The notes below the pieces were generated by a model. The model saw only the letters and a list, made by a program, of their open reading frames with translations. It ran no database searches and was not told where the DNA came from. From a virus: DNA of 64,000 bases. Positions 11,053-18,592 of the stretch are shown piece after piece (within the stretch, counting starts at the first letter, position 1; the number at the start of each line of letters is the position of its first letter). The stretch is taken from the IMG/VR virus record IMGVR_UViG_3300005264_000255, positions 14,497 to 78,496 of that record; one strand, given 5' to 3'. A program made the translations under genes and the position numbers.

Positions 11053-12009
11053 TTAATCGAGTATTTCTTTCTTATACATACTAATGACAGCCTTACTAAC
11101 CTCACTAGCATTATGTTTTCTTTTGTTATTATTAACTATTTTTCTAAACGATGAACGAGAATTAATACCCTCACTAATTACCATAGTTATAACTGCAATG
11201 AATGATGGAACATCTTCAATTATTGCGAATGATAACTCTTTAGCATCAATACTAAAGAAACCCCTAGAAATACTTTGTAACAGAATATCAACAGTAATAC
11301 CCTTAGTTCTTTCAGCATCACTTACAGCTTTAATATTAGTAACTAAACTACCTATGGTTGTAGATGGAAAAACTACTTCTTCGTTATCCCTAGCTATAAT
11401 AATAGACTTATATAGGTTAACCATACTACCCTTAGTTAATTCATGAACATCCTCTCTAGGTAACATCTGTATTGCTTTTTCGATAGAGAGTTCTTCGTCA
11501 TCACTAAGTAATGAGATAAAATGTAGTTTAGCTACTATCTTAACTGTCTCTGTTATAGTATGGTCATATAGTATAATAGAAACTATCGTAGATACCACAC
11601 TAGCAAACATCTCAGTGAGTGAACCCTTGATTGGATTTAACCAATGTAAATCTTTTTCTAATATAAGTCTAGTCATAACCATACGATATAAAAGGATAGT
11701 ACCATTATATTTATCATCTAACTTTTCTCTGATAGATAATATATCCTTTAAATTAGACTTCATATATGGTCTAAGATCGATAGCTATAACATCTTCGTTA
11801 GATGTATCCTTAAACACAAGAGGATGACTCCAAGGAATCAAATCCTTCTCTATATCATTTCTACCTGTAATTATCATTAACTTAGTACGATCTTCCATAA
11901 ACTCATAGTTAAGATTATCTTCACTCTCTATATTATATTCAGTAAGTTTATATACTAGTTTATCTCTATCAAAAAACGTACCTAATGTACCACTGTAAAC
12001 ATCTGACAT
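11053..12009 (-). CDS. Conserved chimallivirus protein (phiKZ gp52-like)
   Basis: 318 aa; IPWSHP....IDLR motif and C-terminal AIIEDVPSF; lies between the DNA polymerase and chimallin genes. Confidence 0.55.
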   Translation of the reverse strand: MSDVYSGTLGTFFDRDKLVYKLTEYNIESEDNLNYEFMEDRTKLMIITGRNDIEKDLIPWSHPLVFKDTSNEDVIAIDLRPYMKSNLKDILSIREKLDDKYNGTILLYRMVMTRLILEKDLHWLNPIKGSLTEMFASVVSTIVSIILYDHTITETVKIVAKLHFISLLSDDEELSIEKAIQMLPREDVHELTKGSMVNLYKSIIIARDNEEVVFPSTTIGSLVTNIKAVSDAERTKGITVDILLQSISRGFFSIDAKELSFAIIEDVPSFIAVITMVISEGINSRSSFRKIVNNNKRKHNASEVSKAVISMYKKEILD

Positions 12010-12071
12010 ACACTCTCCTTTTATTTAATTATTTCAGACTATTAATTCATTGATTTTTTAAAGGATGATAC

Positions 12072-12422
12072 ATGACAAAACAAAAGAAAGATAAGAAACA
12101 GAATAATAATGGTTTAACTACTACATTATACAAAATACCTAAATGGGTAAAAGATGTTGATGATATGTCTGAGTTTCTTGGGATTGATGGATTTAAATTT
12201 AATATACTAAAAAGCTTATTCTCAGCTAGAGGTGCTAGACATGCAGGTACTAATCAGTTTCGTGATAATAATAAGATATTACATTATGGTATACGAAATG
12301 TACTAACTGAAGCTAGGAAGTTAAAGAAACATACTACCGTATCAGATATATTATTAACTGTATATGATAAGTTATCGAAGAAAGAACGAAAGAAATTTAA
12401 GAAACTAATTAACAACACATAA
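12072..12422 (+). CDS. DUF3310-like small protein (possible nucleotide kinase-like)
   Basis: 116 aa; Y.IP....D..D..E......FNILK.......RD..KILHY pattern. Confidence 0.35.
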   Translation: MTKQKKDKKQNNNGLTTTLYKIPKWVKDVDDMSEFLGIDGFKFNILKSLFSARGARHAGTNQFRDNNKILHYGIRNVLTEARKLKKHTTVSDILLTVYDKLSKKERKKFKKLINNT

Positions 12423-12446
12423 GATAGGGAAACCTATCTTATGTGT
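12415..12446. terminator. 14-bp-stem hairpin, GAAA loop
   Basis: ACACATAAGATAGG-GAAA-CCTATCTTATGTGT between convergent genes. Confidence 0.7.
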
Positions 12447-12461
12447 AAATGTGTGTTATCT

Positions 12462-14131
12462 CTATCTATAACTATTAATGAACTGGTTATTATAATTAGT
12501 GTTAGTGTTATTGAAATTGGTATTTTGTGAACCAAATGACATATTACCTACAGCTGAATTATTGAATGATTGTAAAACAGATTGTAAGTTACTGTTATTA
12601 ATGTATCCAATATTAGGAGCTTAATTTCTAGATTTAACATACTTGATAATTTGTTAAGTACTTCTAGTTTTAATGTATATGGATCTTTACCCGTACATCC
12701 CATACATATACTAGTTGATGTATTTGAAGTGTTCCAGTCATCAACTAGTTTTGCATCATTTGTATTTTCAGTAATAAATACTACATCTATTTCAGATAAA
12801 TCTCTTACATTTTGTTCACCATCTAGGAACTCACCTATAGGAATATAAGAACCTTCATTAGCAAGAACTTTTATGTTTGGTAAATCATAACCAATAAGAG
12901 CACTTGCCTCATTAAGGATAAGGTCATTTGCAGCAGCTTTATGTTTGTTATCTAATAACGCAACAAATGGTTTCATAAATGAATAATCAGCACCATATAG
13001 TTCAACCTCTAATACAAAGTTTGGATTAAGTCTAAAGTGTGTGTTAATGATGTCCTGTATCATTTGTGGTTGAGCACTTTCATCTCTGAATGAAATCTTT
13101 TCACCTAGAGCGTTTGCGTCACCTTTGTAGTTAAGTATGTAGTTTAACGGTCCAGCATCATTAGCAATAATAAGTTGTTTCAAAGTTTCTTTGTTAGTAA
13201 AGATAGCAGAGTTAATTAAACCAAGTAAAACATATGATAAACTTGTACCAGCTGCACTAAACTCATTGAACTTGATGATTGGCTCAGCTATATTTCTATC
13301 TTGACCAGTGTACTGTAGATTTTCTCTACCTAGAATGAAGTCTAATACACCTGTTTGATTTACCAAGTTAATCTTTTTACTACTTGTGTTAAAACCTCTA
13401 ATATTATTTTTAGACGATAACGATGTTAAAAGATTGAAGTCAGTTCTAACTGGTCTACCAATCTTGTTATAAACTGTACCAGTAGTTAGTGATAACTCTA
13501 CATTAACACCTGTTTGGTTAGCAGTACAATAATCCTGTATACCTGGAATAGTAGGGTTTTTAAAGCTACCTACTTCTAAGTAGTATTTAGTAGCAATGAC
13601 ATTGTGAATATATCTTGCGATACTTATACCTGTTGTAGTCATGTCGATAGAATGTGATAGTACGAAACCATCTAATGAAACATGTGGTACATTTGGATAC
13701 TTAGAGTTGACAATTTCATTAATTTTATCATAAGTACCTTTTACGAATACATCACTTGTTACAAGACCAGCATCACTATTTCTAATTTGTTGTTCAGCTA
13801 CAATTTGAGTTACATTTAATGGCTCTCTACCTGTTGCTTCAACGATAGCTAAGAAGCTATAGACAACATTGTTTTCACCTTTGTAAGCATATAACACACC
13901 ACCGAACTCGCCATCTAATATTTCTTTTTCTAATTTAAAGATTTTGATTTCAATTTGAAAATCTTTAGCTGCCTCTACAGAAGCTAATGATAAATCGTTC
14001 AATGCTTTATTGCTACCAAAGTTATGAAGTAGTCCTGAACCAATACCAGATAAACCTAGAATACTTATGTTTGTACCATTGTTAGGAGTCTCTTCTTTAA
14101 TGTCGTTAGTCTCGCTGCGAGTTTCATTCAC
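12462..14131 (-). CDS. chmA: Chimallin (phage nuclear shell protein), with an apparent frameshifting deletion at ~12620 and a missing start
   Basis: Colinear matches to recalled 201phi2-1 ChmA: IGRPVRTDF/VGNPIRADI, DAGPLNY/DIGALGW, PNFVLEVELYG/PVFQIDLNRMG, IPIGEFLDGEQNVRDLSEID/IDLGNWFDGDEKRDRRDLD. An N/Q/S-rich C-terminal tail (APNIGY...NQFINSYR) lies in another frame at 12462-12620. Confidence 0.8.
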
Positions 14132-14223
14132 GTTTGTTAACTTAGCTCTTAACGGGTTATATAAATAAATTTATTTTAATGATTTTCATTTTCTTTGAAA
14201 TAAATTTATATATAGGAGTGGAT

Positions 14224-15300
14224 ATGTTTAACAATCTTTGGGATAGAGATAGAAGATACCGTACACATGTATACGGTAACATGGAAGTTATAAAGCAAAA
14301 TATTAATGATTCCCTTTTCACAGTACGTAATTATTATACCGATAAAGACCTGTTTGTAAGAAAACCTAATATTCTAGTCACTTTAATTAATTCTTTAAAT
14401 ATTGATTTTACTAAAGATCCAACAGACGTATTCATTCATTTAACAGAAACTGCATACTACCGTGCCAACAGTTTAAAGTTGGTTACATCTAATAATAAGA
14501 ATAGTTTCTCTTTTAACAATACGGTTATTCGTAACATGGATGAGTATTTCATCTATACAGAGGATACTTTCGATTATACTGACGATATTAACTATTTTAA
14601 CTTAACACCTATTAAATGTATACATAATACGCTAGACCATGTTTTCCTTACACATCCACAAAAGTTTAATGATACCTTAAAAGGATTTGATTACAGTATA
14701 TACAGTATAGATGTTATTATGTTAGGAATGCAATATTATCATTGGTATAAATATAGGATGTTTATGTCTGAGTCTACAGATGCTGCTAAGTTCATATATG
14801 GAATACCTTTAGTAAATAGTATAAATAGTATATTTGATATAAATTTAAGTAATAGGTTTATTAGGAAGATGAATGATGAGGATGTTAGTGATTATACTAA
14901 TCATAACGTTTTTAATCTTAGAGATGATTCTAAGAGGATTGATAAGCTATTAGACTTCTATGTTAAGCAAATGTCTAAGGATAATAGAATATACTACTCA
15001 GAGGCTTTATATGGTATTCCATTAATGATTACTAACAATGCCTTAGATATTATAAATATTCCACAGATACGTTATAATACGAATAATAAATGGATGGCTT
15101 GGTTGTTACGTATTGACTACTTTATATTCCTTTTAACTTTTATAGACAGTAAGCTTAACAGAGATACTATTAGTGAAATTAAAATGTTACTTAATTATGA
15201 TATTGGTAATAGGGTATTTGATATACCTAATAAAGATTTAAAATTTACTTTACAAGAAAAGATATACAATTTAACAAAATTAATAAATAAGGAGTTATGA
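14224..15300 (+). CDS. Conserved chimallivirus hypothetical protein
   Basis: Likely start ATG 14224 after AGGAG; VRNYY...V...NILV.L and IDV.ML.MQY..W motifs recalled from a phiKZ-like core family. Confidence 0.55.
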   Translation: MFNNLWDRDRRYRTHVYGNMEVIKQNINDSLFTVRNYYTDKDLFVRKPNILVTLINSLNIDFTKDPTDVFIHLTETAYYRANSLKLVTSNNKNSFSFNNTVIRNMDEYFIYTEDTFDYTDDINYFNLTPIKCIHNTLDHVFLTHPQKFNDTLKGFDYSIYSIDVIMLGMQYYHWYKYRMFMSESTDAAKFIYGIPLVNSINSIFDINLSNRFIRKMNDEDVSDYTNHNVFNLRDDSKRIDKLLDFYVKQMSKDNRIYYSEALYGIPLMITNNALDIINIPQIRYNTNNKWMAWLLRIDYFIFLLTFIDSKLNRDTISEIKMLLNYDIGNRVFDIPNKDLKFTLQEKIYNLTKLINKEL

Positions 15301-15881
15301 TGTCAGTTATAAAACATGCGATAGATAGAGTGCTATTAACAATACCTAAACATATACTTAAACTAGGTTTCTTAGAGGAGGTAAAAGCCTATCGTATAGA
15401 AACTACTCTTGAACAACAGATAAGTAATTTAGTTATAGATAACATAGTACTAACTGATATAAATTTACTAGGAGGAATTACTGTAAAGATTCCCATAGAT
15501 AAATGTTATACATATGAGTATAGACATGCTAGTAATGTATGTAATCGTATCATCAAGGTACCTTTAACTTTAACTGGTAATAAAAAAGGACAAGTATTTA
15601 GTAACCTTGACCTGATAGCTACTAATACCATTTTAGTTAATGATAATGTTTATAGTATATCATCAGGGTACATAGAGGTAGTCCTAGAGAACAATAAGAA
15701 CCTAAGTAATATCAAACGTGGTAATCAGTTAGATTTCAGTGAGATGGTTATCCTAGCTACTAAATCATATATCTATAATAAACTAATCATTGATTTAGAT
15801 AAAGGTTCTTTATACTATGGTCATGATTTAAATAAGGTATCCGATATAATAAGTAGTTACGAAACAGCCTACCCTGATTAG
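15297..15881 (+). CDS. Virion structural protein (phiKZ gp32-like), apparently internally and C-terminally deleted
   Basis: AID.V...IP..IL...F, V..D.NL.GG and LATKSYIYN.LII.LD motifs; collides with the convergent gene without a hairpin. Confidence 0.5.
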   Translation: MMSVIKHAIDRVLLTIPKHILKLGFLEEVKAYRIETTLEQQISNLVIDNIVLTDINLLGGITVKIPIDKCYTYEYRHASNVCNRIIKVPLTLTGNKKGQVFSNLDLIATNTILVNDNVYSISSGYIEVVLENNKNLSNIKRGNQLDFSEMVILATKSYIYNKLIIDLDKGSLYYGHDLNKVSDIISSYETAYPD

Positions 15882-16309
15882 GCATACTCCTTAGATCCAT
15901 TGTAGCGTTCCCAGACGATCATCCAATTACCATAAAACTTATATGCTCTTTTTAACTTTTTTATAACATAGTCCTCAGCTATCTTAGGTTTCGTTAATAG
16001 AAGGGTACCATACTTCGATCGATTGTATCGAGTATCTGGTATTTTATGTTCCTTGAAATACCAGTAAAGACTTACGTTATATCTACTATAATCATTATGA
16101 TCTATAGATATCTGCCATCTACCACCTTTAGACTCTTGCCAACAAATTGCACCAAGAGACCATCCTACATCATATTTTACTCCAGTAATATATGAATTAT
16201 AAATTACTATCTTTTCATCGAAGGATAGGGAATTCCAATCTTTCTCTTCTGGTGACATAGCACCAAGTACTCCACATATTAACAATATTGTCAAAATTAA
16301 TTTTATCAT
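15878..16309 (-). CDS. Exported lytic transglycosylase-like (SLT, T4 Vs.1-like) protein, possibly C-terminally truncated
   Basis: Signal peptide MIKLILTILLICGVLGA; AICWQES catalytic Glu motif; RYNGS motif. Confidence 0.65.
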   Translation of the reverse strand: MIKLILTILLICGVLGAMSPEEKDWNSLSFDEKIVIYNSYITGVKYDVGWSLGAICWQESKGGRWQISIDHNDYSRYNVSLYWYFKEHKIPDTRYNRSKYGTLLLTKPKIAEDYVIKKLKRAYKFYGNWMIVWERYNGSKEYA

Positions 16310-16803
16310 TTCCTCCAGTTATAGTATGTCAACCCCAATCTACCTATCATTTTCATAATAGCTTTTATTTCACGTACTTCTATATCTGAGTAATTGGGTA
16401 ACTCTCGTCTTATAGAAAACTCATTAGAATTAATGAGTTCATTTAATTCTCTATATAACCTAGACTCATTAACATACTTAGGTTCTTTAAACGAACTACC
16501 GATACTATCGTTTAGTTTAACTAACACCTTTCTATTAGCTAGAATATATTCAATTAATGAAGTTTTCATTTTTTCTATATCATTATTATCAGATAAGATT
16601 TTATCTATAGGAATAATAACCTCTTTCAAAGGAATTACATGTCCAGATGATGAAGACTCCTCCGTGATTACAGATAACTCTATGTCATCTAAATCCTCGG
16701 TTTCTATTGTAGCAAGTTTGTCCATAAAGACAAACTTGCCGTTCTTGGTTTTAAACATTAACGGATTTTGTAATGTCTTTTTTGTGGTCACTATGAATTT
16801 CAT
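16306..16803 (-). CDS. Hypothetical early protein
   Basis: 165 aa; AAGGAG RBS; directly downstream of a TATATTAC promoter. Confidence 0.7.
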   Translation of the reverse strand: MKFIVTTKKTLQNPLMFKTKNGKFVFMDKLATIETEDLDDIELSVITEESSSSGHVIPLKEVIIPIDKILSDNNDIEKMKTSLIEYILANRKVLVKLNDSIGSSFKEPKYVNESRLYRELNELINSNEFSIRRELPNYSDIEVREIKAIMKMIGRLGLTYYNWRK

Positions 16804-16825
16804 AGCATCTCCTTTTAACTTAATA

Positions 16826-16868
16826 TTTAACTATAATATTTAACCATAGTCTATCTAAGTAATATATA
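16826..16868 (-). promoter_or_regulatory. Early (virion RNAP-type) promoter plus leader hairpin
   Basis: Minus strand TATATTAC-TTAGATA-GACTATGGT-TAAAT-ATTATAGTT. TATATTAC is the described phiKZ early promoter consensus. Confidence 0.7.
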
Positions 16869-16886
16869 TGTAATAAAAAGTGGAGA

Positions 16887-17447
16887 TTAGGATATTTCTA
16901 ATATCCTAACAACATTAAATAATGTTAATATCTCACTTACTTCCCCAAGTTTCTTATTCTTAAAGAAGATATTATTATTAATAACTCTAATATTTAACTT
17001 TTTACCAGAATGGCCAATAACGTTAACATCATAACGTTTATTATTCTTAAAAACATTTCTATCTGTAACATCAGATATCTTCCTGACGAAGTTCTCTTTA
17101 TTCTTTATACATATGTTAAACTCTGGTACTAAGTAATTCTCACGAATGTTACCTATAGTTCTTTTAATTGTTGCTCCACCTGTACCCATGATAACCCCTC
17201 TATCTTTAGGGTCAGTAAATACCTGTACATTCTTATTTTCTAATATACGATTTAAAGGTATGACTGTATAGATATCAGCTATATCAGCCAGTCTAATACA
17301 TACGTAATCATCCATGGATAACATTTCATCGTACAGATAATGTTCTAACATATCATATTCTAACGAAGGTTGAGTCTTATGTATTTCTTTTAGGGTAAAT
17401 GTATCGCCTAATCGTATTTTAGTATTCAGAAGTTTAATTGTTTCCAT
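16887..17447 (-). CDS. KH-domain RNA-binding protein
   Basis: 186 aa; DRGVIMGTGGATIKRT is a canonical KH GxxG loop; second KH-like loop VIGHSGKKLN. Confidence 0.6.
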   Translation of the reverse strand: METIKLLNTKIRLGDTFTLKEIHKTQPSLEYDMLEHYLYDEMLSMDDYVCIRLADIADIYTVIPLNRILENKNVQVFTDPKDRGVIMGTGGATIKRTIGNIRENYLVPEFNICIKNKENFVRKISDVTDRNVFKNNKRYDVNVIGHSGKKLNIRVINNNIFFKNKKLGEVSEILTLFNVVRILEIS

Positions 17448-17505
17448 TTGTAATTCCTATTAATAATTTATATCTCAGTTAAGATGGTGTATTTAATAAA
17501 AAAAT

Positions 17506-17529
17506 AAAAGGAACTTCAACATTCCTTTT
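17506..17529 (-). terminator. Intrinsic terminator
   Basis: Minus strand AAAAGGAA-TGTTGAAG-TTCCTTTT followed by ATTTTTTT. Confidence 0.5.
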
Positions 17530-17647
17530 ACTGTATTTTAGAGTATATTTTAAAATATAGGTTAACTTGTTCACAAGTTAACCCTACCTTAACTAATCCC
17601 ATAGAGACTAGCCAATCTTTAAACCTTTTCTTAGCTAACATAGACAT
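17528..17647 (-). CDS. Small 39-aa basic protein (not in ORF track)
   Basis: TAATG coupling with the upstream ORF; MSMLAKKRFKDWLVSMGLVKVGLTCEQVNLYFKIYSKIQ; followed by a terminator. Confidence 0.5.
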   Translation of the reverse strand: MSMLAKKRFKDWLVSMGLVKVGLTCEQVNLYFKIYSKIQ

Positions 17648-17961
17648 TATAACATCTCCGTGGGTATTACCCTGTTTTTGTGTGAGTTAGATATAAACTC
17701 GTTTAGTTTAAAATCATGTGGTAAACTTCTACCATATGTTTTAATTAAATATATATCTAAATCATTAATATTATTAAACTCCTGTGTATTACATACACGA
17801 CTACTTTCCTCATATTCGTTGATAATGATACCACCATCTATACCGACAGACCCTGTTACTATATACTCTACGTCACTATACATAGTTGGATATTTAACAT
17901 CTACAGTAACAAATGTAGATGACTTTAGAGATAGCTCTATTTCATCTAACGATTTTAACAT
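17647..17961 (-). CDS. Hypothetical early protein
   Basis: 104 aa; AAGGAG RBS; downstream of TATATTAC at ~18017-18024. Confidence 0.65.
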   Translation of the reverse strand: MLKSLDEIELSLKSSTFVTVDVKYPTMYSDVEYIVTGSVGIDGGIIINEYEESSRVCNTQEFNNINDLDIYLIKTYGRSLPHDFKLNEFISNSHKNRVIPTEML

Positions 17962-17983
17962 AACCTACTCCTTATGTAAGTGT

Positions 17984-18025
17984 GATAACGTTAATGATTA
18001 ACTGTTATCTATATAAGTAATATAT
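17984..18025 (-). promoter_or_regulatory. Early promoter with sequence-divergent leader hairpin
   Basis: Minus strand TATATTAC-TTATATA-GATAAC-A-GTTAA-TCA-TTAAC-GTTATC. Confidence 0.65.
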
Positions 18026-18050
18026 AAGTGAAAAGAAATGGACGTTAGTA

Positions 18051-18083
18051 TACCTGACATTACCATTACAGTAATGTCAGGTA
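18051..18083. terminator. 13-bp-stem hairpin
   Basis: TACCTGACATTAC-CATTACA-GTAATGTCAGGTA. Confidence 0.6.
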
Positions 18084-18339
18084 GGTTTAGTTTGTTTCTG
18101 GATGAGGTGTAATGTACGGTATGTCGTATAAATAAAAAAAACGCATAATTCACAATGTTGTCTTAACTGTCTATCTGGAACTTAATGCTCATTGTTGTGT
18201 TAACTACATAACTGTCTATCTTGTGTTATTTAAATTTTATCCTTAAAATTTGTTTATAATATTTACCTAAAATTTACTTAAAATTTGTATATAATTTTAT
18301 TTACTTATATAATTAATTGAAATATAATATAATATAATA

Positions 18340-18370
18340 AAGAGGACTTCGTCCTCTTATTTTTTTTCTT
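18340..18370 (+). terminator. Hairpin with T-tract in the long intergenic region
   Basis: AAGAGGAC-TTC-GTCCTCTT followed by ATTTTTTTT. Confidence 0.55.
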
Positions 18371-18384
18371 TATTTTTTTTCTTT

Positions 18385-18530
18385 GTTGTGTGTAGGTACA
18401 GGTTAGGTATGGTATAGGCTGGACAATAGTCTGATCAGTCTTACTTAGCTCTCCCCCAATGAAATGGTCATTGGTCCAGTCTTCACTTTAGCATGATAAT
18501 TTATATATCATATTATATATATTAGAAAGT
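18385..18530. other. GC-enriched non-coding element (candidate structured RNA or origin element)
   Basis: CTGGAC/GTCCAG and CCAATGA/TCATTGG stems, C5 run, six GG dinucleotides in 18394-18422; shares motifs with 55428-55642. Confidence 0.35.
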
Positions 18531-18592
18531 TAAATATTTTTATATAAAATAGATAATGATAAGATTTATTGAATATACTATAAAGGAACATA

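Noticed and set aside
12548-14131. Major capsid protein
   Set aside because: Motifs align colinearly with chimallin, and the gene lies next to the DNA polymerase block.
18431-18475. Hammerhead ribozyme (CTGATCA...GAAA)
   Set aside because: Core needs CUGANGA; here the G8 position is C and the required stems do not form.
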